This document shows positions 25,180-32,000 of a stretch of 32,000 bases of DNA, piece after piece. Under the pieces are notes generated by a model, which saw only the letters and a program-made list of their open reading frames with translations, was not told the origin of the DNA and made no database searches. The position numbers were made by a program, and so were the translations under genes. Position 1 is the stretch's first letter. Each line of letters begins with the position of its first letter. The DNA is from Pseudothioglobus sp. nBUS_23 (GTDB lineage Bacteria > Pseudomonadota > Gammaproteobacteria > PS1 > Pseudothioglobaceae), in NCBI RefSeq assembly GCF_051201565.1, contig NZ_CP179200.1, positions 1,170,001 to 1,202,000 on the forward strand, in the 5' to 3' direction.

Positions 25180-26055
25180 ATGAAAGATAGTACTCGTAAT
25201 ATTCAAGGCTGGCTGTTATTTACTCCTGCAGCAATATTACTTTTGGCGTTTACCCATTACCCCACCATAACAACTTTTTTTCAAAGTTTATATACCAACA
25301 AATCAATTTTAAGACCTAGACGTTTCTCAGGAGTTGAAGCCTACGAAAGCATGTTTAGTGACCCCATATTTTGGAAAGTTTTTGTAAACAATATGTGGCT
25401 TGCACTAGGAACTATTCCAACTTCTATAGGTATTGCAATTCTGATGGCTTTAATTGTTAATAAAGCCATTCCTGGAAGGGGATTTCTGAGGATGGCTTAC
25501 TTCACGCCAACCATGCTTCCGATGATTGCAGTTGCTAACATTTGGCTGTTTTTCTATGCACCAGATATTGGGTTAATAGATAAAGTACTCGAAATATTTG
25601 GTTTTGAAGGTAATAATTGGTTAGGTGACCCATCAACCGTTCTTCCATCTATTATTGTGATGACTGTCTGGAAGGAGGCTGGCTTATTTATGGTCTTTTA
25701 TTTAGCAGGACTGCAAACCATTTCTCCTGAGCTCGAAGAAGCATCAAAGCTAGAAGGTTCTTCGCGTTGGAATTATTTTTGGCGTATCCAGTTTCCTTTA
25801 CTCCTTCCAACAACACTATTCGTTTTGATTAATGCCTTTCTTAACTCATTTAAACTAGTTGATCATTTATTTGTGCTAACGAAAGGTGGCCCAGACAATG
25901 CCAGTAATTTAATTCTTTATTATATTTATGAAACAGCCTTCTCATTTTTAGACATCTCTTATGCGTCCGCTTTGACTATATTTTTATTGGCTCTACTTGC
26001 ATTAACTGCATTAGCACAATTTTTCTTTTTAGATAGACGTACTCATTACCGATGA
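25180..26055 (+). CDS. ugpA: ABC transporter permease (UgpA-like, MalF/BPD_transp_1)
   Basis: Six hydrophobic helices and an EAA-like loop LEEASKLEGSSRWNYFWRIQFPLL. Confidence 0.8.
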   Translation: MKDSTRNIQGWLLFTPAAILLLAFTHYPTITTFFQSLYTNKSILRPRRFSGVEAYESMFSDPIFWKVFVNNMWLALGTIPTSIGIAILMALIVNKAIPGRGFLRMAYFTPTMLPMIAVANIWLFFYAPDIGLIDKVLEIFGFEGNNWLGDPSTVLPSIIVMTVWKEAGLFMVFYLAGLQTISPELEEASKLEGSSRWNYFWRIQFPLLLPTTLFVLINAFLNSFKLVDHLFVLTKGGPDNASNLILYYIYETAFSFLDISYASALTIFLLALLALTALAQFFFLDRRTHYR

Positions 26056-26870
26056 CATATAGAAACAGAATACAAACCAGTGTTGAGCTCATAGGTGCAT
26101 ACATCCTAGCTGGATTTTGGATCCTTCCATTGTTGTATGCTTTTTGGGCTGCTTTTCACTCTAGCAGTGATGCGATGCATTTCGATATATTCTCGCCACT
26201 AACGCTTGATAATTTTCGTGAGGCCTGGAGTCAAGCCCCTTTTGCCAGATTCAGTCTAAACACTTTTTTACTGGTTTCGTTTATATTGCCTGGACAGCTC
26301 TTAATTTCAACACTAGCAGCTTACGCCTTTGTTCGTTTTAAGTTTACGGGTGCTAACGTTGCATTTGCATTAGTCCTGGTTCAATTAATGATTACGCCCG
26401 AAATACTAATCGTTCAAAACTATGTTACACTTTCTAAATTAAGCTTAGTAGATACAATCTCTGGCATGGGGCTGCCTTACATTGCCAGCGCGTTTTGTAT
26501 CTTTCTATTGCGTCAAGCATTTAAATCGATTCCTAAAGAATTAGAGGATGCAGCAGAACTTGAAGGATGTGGAACGATGAGTATATTATGGAAAGTTTAT
26601 GTTCCTCTTGCAACGCCAACATATATTGCATTCTCCTTAGTGTCTGTCAGCCATCACTGGAATAACTTCTTATGGCCACTCATCATTTCAAATTCAGTTG
26701 AGACTAGGCCATTAACTGTGGGCCTAGGTATTTTTGCCGCTCCAGAGTCCGGAGTTGAATGGTCGATTTTATCAGCCGCTACTCTAATGTCAGTCGCCCC
26801 TCTACTTATCGCTTTCTTAATATTCCAAAAACAGTTTGTTCAGTCGTTCATGCAGGCTGGTATTAAATGA
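26052..26870 (+). CDS. ugpE: ABC transporter permease (UgpE-like, MalG type)
   Basis: EAA loop LEDAAELEGCGTMSILWKVYVPLA. ATGA overlap with the upstream permease gene. Confidence 0.8.
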   Translation: MTYRNRIQTSVELIGAYILAGFWILPLLYAFWAAFHSSSDAMHFDIFSPLTLDNFREAWSQAPFARFSLNTFLLVSFILPGQLLISTLAAYAFVRFKFTGANVAFALVLVQLMITPEILIVQNYVTLSKLSLVDTISGMGLPYIASAFCIFLLRQAFKSIPKELEDAAELEGCGTMSILWKVYVPLATPTYIAFSLVSVSHHWNNFLWPLIISNSVETRPLTVGLGIFAAPESGVEWSILSAATLMSVAPLLIAFLIFQKQFVQSFMQAGIK

Positions 26871-27721
26871 TTCAACTCCTAAGCTGGAATATACAAAATG
26901 GGGAAGGTGTCGATGGGGTTATCTCCCTAGAGAGAATTGCAGATACTATTTTTAATATGTCAAATCCGGATGTCATATGCCTTCAGGAAGTATCTCGAAA
27001 TTGCGAACTTAAGGATGGAACACAGCCCGATCAATTAAAGCAACTATCAAGCATATTTAAGGGCTATACGCCATTTTTTGGACCAGCATATAATGTCCTA
27101 AGACCAGGTGAGAGCGAAAGAGAACAGTTCGGAAATATCATTCTTTCAAAGTTACCAGTGTTGTCTAACTTTAATCATATTCTTCCGCAACCTGTAGACA
27201 GCAGTTTTAGGCATATGCCAAGACAGGTTACTGAAGTAACAGTCGAGACTCCATTTTTCCCGATTTGTGTCATGACAACTCACCTAGAGTATGGCTCTCA
27301 AAAACAACGTTACGCACAAGTAAAACGCATCCTTGACATTAAAGATGACATTGATCAATTATCTCTGAATCCTGCAACGGTTCAAGAGCCTGGACCTTAC
27401 GCAAAGCTTGAAAGATCTAATAAGCTAATTCTTTGTGGGGACTTTAATTTTGAATCAGAATCCAAAGAATACGCCCTTCTTACAAATAATAGTCAAAACC
27501 AAGAGGGGCTTATTGATGCATGGAGTCAAATAAATCCGAATACCAAGCATGTACCAACCTGTGGAATTTTTGACAAAAAACAATGGCCTGATGGAGCTCA
27601 TTGTAGGGACTTTACTTTTGTAAGCTCTAATCTTAAAAGTAACATTGGTAGCTTTGTCGTCAATGAAGAGACTGACGCTTCAGACCATCAACCCTTCTTC
27701 GTATCCATACTGGATGACTAA
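26867..27721 (+). CDS. Endonuclease/exonuclease/phosphatase (EEP) superfamily phosphoesterase, cytoplasmic
   Basis: SWNIQNG, DVICLQEV, CGDFNF and ASDHQP motifs are diagnostic of the EEP fold. No signal peptide. ATGA overlap with the ugpE-like stop. Confidence 0.8.
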   Translation: MIQLLSWNIQNGEGVDGVISLERIADTIFNMSNPDVICLQEVSRNCELKDGTQPDQLKQLSSIFKGYTPFFGPAYNVLRPGESEREQFGNIILSKLPVLSNFNHILPQPVDSSFRHMPRQVTEVTVETPFFPICVMTTHLEYGSQKQRYAQVKRILDIKDDIDQLSLNPATVQEPGPYAKLERSNKLILCGDFNFESESKEYALLTNNSQNQEGLIDAWSQINPNTKHVPTCGIFDKKQWPDGAHCRDFTFVSSNLKSNIGSFVVNEETDASDHQPFFVSILDD

Positions 27722-27724
27722 AGA

Positions 27725-28267
27725 TTAGTTCTTCAGCTTTTTCTTGGCACGCTTATTTTTAAAAAAAGTCTTGTTTGCAATGTAGACTCTCTTGCGAACT
27801 TCACAAAAAATAATGCTTTTATCTTTGTTTGTTAATTGGGTTGATTTAACTATCTCAAATTCATTGTTATCATTCGCCTTCTGCTTTATCTCGGCAACCT
27901 CTTCATGAGTATAAGTAAATTCTGCATACAAGTCTTCCTTTGCAGGTCTTCTAAAAAATATTTCAGCAGCCTTATCCCAGACAACATAGTCATCTCCAAT
28001 TAGATTCATTAACTGCGTCATTGGAAATGGGTCAACTGCCGAGAACATACTGCCTCCAAAGATCGTATTAACATAGTTTGCATTTTTATAGCTAAAAGGT
28101 AATTTAATTGTTATCTTTAGAAAATCTTTTGAGATGTAGGTTACTTTTGCTGAGGTTCTACGATACATTGGAGATAAGTTAAATCCATGCTTCATCAAGG
28201 TCGATTTAGACATGAATTTTGAGGCTAACTTGGCAAGTTTTTGATAAGTAATCATTTTTGGTTTCAT
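27725..28267 (-). CDS. Hypothetical protein, possibly hotdog-fold DUF4442-like
   Basis: 180 aa. The central FGGSMFSAVDPF segment and the overall layout resemble DUF4442/thioesterase-like proteins as I recall them. Lys-rich C-terminal tail. Confidence 0.4.
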   Translation of the reverse strand: MKPKMITYQKLAKLASKFMSKSTLMKHGFNLSPMYRRTSAKVTYISKDFLKITIKLPFSYKNANYVNTIFGGSMFSAVDPFPMTQLMNLIGDDYVVWDKAAEIFFRRPAKEDLYAEFTYTHEEVAEIKQKANDNNEFEIVKSTQLTNKDKSIIFCEVRKRVYIANKTFFKNKRAKKKLKN

Positions 28268-28274
28268 TTTCTAC

Positions 28275-28296
28275 AAAAAAGACATCCGAAGATGCC
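28275..28296 (-). terminator. Terminator-like UUCG-tetraloop hairpin plus T6 downstream of tRNA-Asn
   Basis: Minus strand reads ggcatc-ttcg-gatgtc-tttttt (6-bp stem with one G-U pair). Confidence 0.6.
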
Positions 28297-28311
28297 TTTA
28301 GTATAGAAGAT

Positions 28312-28387
28312 TGGCTCCCTGACCTGGGCTCGAACCAGGGACAAACGGATTAACAGTCCGTTGCTCTACCAACTGAGCTATCAGGGA
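28312..28387 (-). tRNA. tRNA-Asn (anticodon GTT), CCA encoded
   Basis: Minus strand: TCCCTGATAGCTCAGTTGGTAGAGCAACGGACTGTTAATCCGTTTGTCCCTGGTTCGAGCCCAGGTCAGGGAGCCA. It folds as a cloverleaf with a 7-bp acceptor stem, anticodon loop CUGUUAA and a GGTTCGAGCCC T-arm. Confidence 0.95.
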
Positions 28388-28397
28388 ATAGCGAGGA

Positions 28398-28426
28398 ATT
28401 ATAACGAGCTATGAATTTTGAGTCAA
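28398..28426 (-). promoter_or_regulatory. Near-consensus sigma70 promoter for tRNA-Asn
   Basis: Minus strand: TTGACT (28426-28421), a 17-nt spacer, TATAAT (28403-28398). This is followed by a GC-containing discriminator tcctcgc about 10 nt before the mature tRNA 5' end. Confidence 0.7.
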
Positions 28427-28473
28427 TCAAATCTTTGCTTTTATAGCCTCTAAATATCTATTAAGTTATAGAC

Positions 28474-29724
28474 TTAGTTTATGGAGTCTTCTAATGCCTT
28501 TCCAAACTCAGAACAAGAAAGCTTTGTGGCGTCATCAATTAGCCTCTCTAGGTCATAGGTGACCGTCTTATTTTTGATTGTTTTTGACATCGCATTTAAA
28601 ATGAGATCAGCAGCCTCTGTCCAGCCCATATGTCTAAGCATCATTTCAGCAGAGAGAATCAGAGAGGATGGATTTACCATGTCTTTTCCAGCATAGCCTG
28701 GGGCAGTTCCATGTGTCGCCTCAAAAACTCCAACACTATCAGAAAGATTAGCACCTGGTGCAATTCCAATTCCACCAACTTGAGCTGCTAGAGCGTCAGA
28801 AATGTAATCACCATTCAGATTCAGAGTGGCTATAACTGAGTACTCAGCTGGACGAAGAAGTATCTGTTGTAAAAAGGCGTCAGCGATTGTGTCATTGATG
28901 ATTATTTCCTTACCAGTCTTTGGATTTGTAAAGCTACACCATGGACCACCATCAACCTCTTTAGCGCCAAACTCATCTTTGGCTAACTGATAGCCTGTGT
29001 CACGAAAAAGGCCTTCAGTAAACTTCATAATATTTCCTTTATGAACAAGGGTTACTGAGGGTTTATCATTGTCAATTGCGTATTGAATTGCAGCTCTGAC
29101 AAGTCTAGTAGTACCCTCGGTGGAAACTGGCTTAATTCCAATACCTGAAGTTTCAGGAAAGCGAATCTTAGTCGCACCCATTTCATTTTGAAGAAAGTCA
29201 ATAACCTTGGTGACTTCCTTAGAACCCTTAGGAAACTCTATACCTGCATAAATATCCTCAGAGTTCTCTCTAAAGATAACCATATCCACCTTTTCAGGAT
29301 GCCTGACAGGCGAGGGAGTTCCATCAAAATACTGAACAGGTCTTTGGCAGATATAGAGATCAAGAATCTGCCTGATAGCAACATTAAGTGATCTCATACC
29401 GCCGCCAACAGGTGTAGTTAAAGGCCCCTTAATTGATACCGAAAACTCTTTTATTGCTTCTACCGTCTCCTCTGGCAAATACTCACCATAAATACTATCA
29501 GCTTTCTCACCAGCATAAATTTCCATCCAATGTATTTCTCTCTCACCACCATAAGCCTTCTTAACTGCAGTGTTAACAACATCAAGCATGACAGGCGTAA
29601 TATCAATACCAATCCCGTCTCCCTCTATGAAGGTGATGATCGGGTTATTTGGAACATTGAGTTCATTGTTTTCAATTGTAATTGGACTACCTGACTCAGG
29701 AACAGTGATATTTTTATAGGTCAT
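28474..29724 (-). CDS. icd: NADP-dependent isocitrate dehydrogenase (homodimeric, E. coli type)
   Basis: 416 aa. [13 protein letters not shown] (the E. coli Ser113-region equivalent), [22 protein letters not shown]. Confidence 0.95.
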   Translation of the reverse strand: MTYKNITVPESGSPITIENNELNVPNNPIITFIEGDGIGIDITPVMLDVVNTAVKKAYGGEREIHWMEIYAGEKADSIYGEYLPEETVEAIKEFSVSIKGPLTTPVGGGMRSLNVAIRQILDLYICQRPVQYFDGTPSPVRHPEKVDMVIFRENSEDIYAGIEFPKGSKEVTKVIDFLQNEMGATKIRFPETSGIGIKPVSTEGTTRLVRAAIQYAIDNDKPSVTLVHKGNIMKFTEGLFRDTGYQLAKDEFGAKEVDGGPWCSFTNPKTGKEIIINDTIADAFLQQILLRPAEYSVIATLNLNGDYISDALAAQVGGIGIAPGANLSDSVGVFEATHGTAPGYAGKDMVNPSSLILSAEMMLRHMGWTEAADLILNAMSKTIKNKTVTYDLERLIDDATKLSCSEFGKALEDSIN

Positions 29725-29732
29725 TTTTTATT

Positions 29733-30245
29733 TCATAAAGTTGATATTTCAAGACGCATTATTATACCGTCTTCTTTTACAGAAAGTTGATTTGAGTTTT
29801 TCGCATAGTAATTTTTTCTGATTGAAATCTCTTCGAATCCAAGACTTAAATACAATGCAATAGCTGCAAAATTTCCCTGCCTTACCTCCAAGAATAAAGT
29901 TTTAATATGTCTTTTTTTGAGATTCATTGATAAGTGCTCTATTAGGCTAGAGCCATAACCTTTTCTTTTGAAATCTTTATGTACAGCTAAATTCAGAATA
30001 TCAGCAGTGTCAACGGATGGCATTGCAATGATAAAGCCAATAATCTTAGATTTAACTTCAAGCATATAGCACACGTTGTTAGGATTTGAAATACTCTCTG
30101 AAAGCTGTTTTTTTGACCAGGGATTCTTTGAACTCTCTTGCTCTAATTGAGCAGCGGTATCGATTTCATACAGAGTGAGTTTTTTAAAGGAAGTACTGAT
30201 AGGCTTTGTTGTCAGTTTCGTTTTGGTAGTAATAACCAATTTCAT
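29733..30245 (-). CDS. rimI: Ribosomal-protein-alanine N-acetyltransferase (GNAT)
   Basis: Aligns by eye with E. coli RimI: PWS.K, NLAV...FKRKGYGSSLIEHL, FLEVRQGNFAAIALYLSLGFEE, RKNYY. The start is uncertain. ATG 30245 is the last canonical start and overlaps the ilvA 3' end. Confidence 0.75.
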   Translation of the reverse strand: MKLVITTKTKLTTKPISTSFKKLTLYEIDTAAQLEQESSKNPWSKKQLSESISNPNNVCYMLEVKSKIIGFIIAMPSVDTADILNLAVHKDFKRKGYGSSLIEHLSMNLKKRHIKTLFLEVRQGNFAAIALYLSLGFEEISIRKNYYAKNSNQLSVKEDGIIMRLEISTL

Positions 30246-31677
30246 CAAACCTAGACTCAAGATCTGACACATCGTCCACCTGAAGACCAATTAACACTCT
30301 TCCAAAATCAGCGCCGTGGTTTCGATAATGGAAAAGGGAAATATTCCATTTTGTTTTTACTTTTTTAAGAAAGTTTAATAGTGCTCCAGGCCTCTCTGGA
30401 AATTCAAAACGATAGATTACCTCATTTTCAGCATTCGCGTGACCTCCGACCATATACCTGATGTGAGTTTTAGCCATAGAATTATCACTCATATCAATAA
30501 CCTCGAAGGATTTACTGAGTCTCGTTAAGAGTGCTTGCTTTTCAGTTTCCCCTTTGCTTAGCTTTATTCCAACAAAGATATGAGCATCCTTTTTGGCAGC
30601 ATAGCGGTAGTTAAACTCAGTAATTGATGAGTTATCTAAGAGTTCACAGAAACTTAGGAAGCTGCCAGGCTCTTCAGGAATAGTTACAGCCACAATTGCT
30701 TCATTAAGCTCACCTAAATCAGCCCTTTCAGCAATATATCTGAGTCTATCGAAGTTGACATTTGCACCTGATACAACTGAGACAATATTTTTGCCTTGGA
30801 GTCCATGCTCTAAGATATACTTTTTGACACCTGCTGTTGAGAGAGCTCCCGCTGGCTCAGAGACAGAACGAACATCTTCATAGATATCTTTAATCGCGGC
30901 ACACATTTCATCATTGCTAACCAAAACAACATCGTCAACAGATTTCTTAGCTATTTCGAATGGAAGCGCTCCAATCTGCTTCACTGCTACGCCATCAGCA
31001 AATCTTCCAACGTCATCTAAAACAACTCTCTCGTTAGCCTCTAAAGCCTTAAAAAGTGTCGGTGAATCTAATGGCTCGACACCAATCACTTTAATATGAG
31101 GAGCATAGTGCTTGATGTAACTCGCCATACCAGAAATCAAACCTCCGCCGCCAACTGGAGCAAACACATAGTCGATTTCATCGAGTTGTGATAATACCTC
31201 CTTGGCAACAGTTGCTTGACCTGCGATAACCTCAAAATCATCGTAAGGACTAATAAAACATAGGTTTTGCTCTGTCTCTAACTTTTTGGCATGATGAAAA
31301 GCATCATCATAAACATCGCCATGCAAAATGACTTCTGCACCTAGTTGCTCAACAGCTTGAACTTTAATTTTAGGGGTACTTGTAGGCATCACAATGATTG
31401 CTTTAATATTGAGCTTACTGGCCCCAAGAGCTACTCCCTGAGCGTGATTCCCAGCTGAAGAGGCAATGACCCCTTTGCTTTTTTGTTCCTCACTCATTGA
31501 GCTCATTTTTTGATAAGCACCACGAAGTTTAAAGGAATGAATGACCTGATCATCTTCTCGCTTGAGATAGATTTGATTTTTAAATCTCTTCGAAAGCTGC
31601 TGGGCAATCGAGAGTGCAGAAACTTTTGCTACGTCATAAACATTGCTGTTGTCTGCCAAGTCAATTAGTGCACTCAT
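30184..31677 (-). CDS. ilvA: Biosynthetic threonine ammonia-lyase (threonine deaminase) with a C-terminal regulatory ACT-like tandem domain
   Basis: PLP-lysine motif HSFKLRGA, SAGNHAQGVA, and the GGGGL loop (PVGGGGLISG). 497 aa with two regulatory repeats. Confidence 0.93.
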   Translation of the reverse strand: MSALIDLADNSNVYDVAKVSALSIAQQLSKRFKNQIYLKREDDQVIHSFKLRGAYQKMSSMSEEQKSKGVIASSAGNHAQGVALGASKLNIKAIIVMPTSTPKIKVQAVEQLGAEVILHGDVYDDAFHHAKKLETEQNLCFISPYDDFEVIAGQATVAKEVLSQLDEIDYVFAPVGGGGLISGMASYIKHYAPHIKVIGVEPLDSPTLFKALEANERVVLDDVGRFADGVAVKQIGALPFEIAKKSVDDVVLVSNDEMCAAIKDIYEDVRSVSEPAGALSTAGVKKYILEHGLQGKNIVSVVSGANVNFDRLRYIAERADLGELNEAIVAVTIPEEPGSFLSFCELLDNSSITEFNYRYAAKKDAHIFVGIKLSKGETEKQALLTRLSKSFEVIDMSDNSMAKTHIRYMVGGHANAENEVIYRFEFPERPGALLNFLKKVKTKWNISLFHYRNHGADFGRVLIGLQVDDVSDLESRFDEIGYYYQNETDNKAYQYFL

Positions 31678-32000
31678 AGAGCTCCTTTAAATAATCAACA
31701 CCTACCATTGTATGGTGTGTTGGCATGCCATAAACCATCTGAAAAGGCTGGTTCTCTTCACCTAAATGATCAAGAACAACCAATGCACCTTTAAAGTTAT
31801 CTGCCATAGTATACTCGCTAAGCGTCACAACTGTATTCAGACCTGATGCAGTTGAAGCTTTAAAGCCAATTTCAGAGTCTTCAAAAGCGATGCAATCTTT
31901 TGCACTTAGATTCATTTTTTTGAGAACGTAATTGTATATCTCTGGTGATGGCTTTTTATTTTTGACAACGTCTCCCGCACCAATTATTTCAAAATTATTC
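31661..32000 (-). CDS. HAD-superfamily hydrolase (CbbY/phosphoglycolate-phosphatase-like), C-terminal part. The 5' end lies outside the window.
   Basis: The frame stays open upstream of the track Met to the window edge, reading ...GAGDVVKNKKPSPEIYNYVLKKMNLSAKDCIAFEDSEIG (HAD motifs III/IV). The stop overlaps the ilvA start by 17 nt. Confidence 0.7.
   Translation of the reverse strand, partial: NNFEIIGAGDVVKNKKPSPEIYNYVLKKMNLSAKDCIAFEDSEIGFKASTASGLNTVVTLSEYTMADNFKGALVVLDHLGEENQPFQMVYGMPTHHTMVGVDYLKELYECTN

Noticed and set aside
27725-28473. tRNA-Asn as the attachment site of a genomic island.
   Set aside because: There is no integrase or recombinase on either side, and I did not spot a direct repeat of the tRNA 3' end. 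The flanking genes (icd on one side, the ugp operon on the other) look like core metabolism with similar composition.
1-32000. CRISPR arrays, IS elements or transposases, prophage genes, rRNA and known riboswitches.
   Set aside because: Reading both strands, I found no regularly spaced direct repeats, no terminal inverted repeats flanking a transposase-like ORF, no phage structural or integrase-like ORFs and no recognisable riboswitch cores. This is absence by eye only. A covariance-model scan (Rfam) would be the proper check.

Overview
This is a visibly AT-rich, very tightly packed chromosomal segment. It has four overlapping convergent gene ends plus further abutting or near-abutting ones, several 4-nt start/stop overlaps and short intergenic spacers. 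I guess it comes from a streamlined marine Gammaproteobacterium, based only on composition, packing and the look of the tRNA and proteins. I can support about 33 CDSs, two of them truncated by the window edges, and one tRNA-Asn(GTT).

The content is mainly core and nutrient-scavenging metabolism:
- 1-4.8 kb: an aminotransferase, an aldehyde dehydrogenase and an M81 (MlrC-like) peptidase, with a convergent serine hydrolase.
- 4.9-5.8 kb: two tandem paralogous 123-aa membrane proteins.
- 5.9-11.2 kb: an EamA transporter, a small RHH-like gene pair, an alpha/beta hydrolase, a PhyH-family dioxygenase, a MazG-like pyrophosphohydrolase and several small secreted or membrane orphans.
- 11.3-16.2 kb: two DAO-family flavoproteins, a saccharopine-dehydrogenase-like gene and an Ldh2/DpkA-like reductase. 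This looks like lysine/pipecolate or cyclic imino-acid catabolism.
- 16.2-17.7 kb: a thiolase and a small HdeA/B-like periplasmic protein.
- 17.8-27.7 kb: a divergent glp/ugp-type locus. One arm is HAD-IIB phosphatase, glpD and a Na/Pi-PhoU transporter. The other is a DeoR regulator, ugpC/B/A/E-like genes and an EEP-family phosphoesterase.
- 27.7-32.0 kb: a DUF4442-like gene, tRNA-Asn, icd, rimI, ilvA and a partial HAD hydrolase.

I see no integrase, transposase, CRISPR array, restriction-modification genes or recognisable defence genes, and nothing I can honestly call a convincing new multi-gene system.

The best second-look candidates are:
- the EEP phosphoesterase sitting in the UgpQ slot of the ugp-like operon;
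- the phosphatase-glpD-Na/Pi(PhoU) operon and its GlpR-like operator repeats;
- the orphan RHH-like two-gene cassette with a GTATAC repeat array;
- the tandem 123-aa membrane paralogs with hairpin-rich leaders;
- the saccharopine-DH/DAO/DpkA-like cluster.

All functional calls rest on motif recognition by eye. No database search was run.
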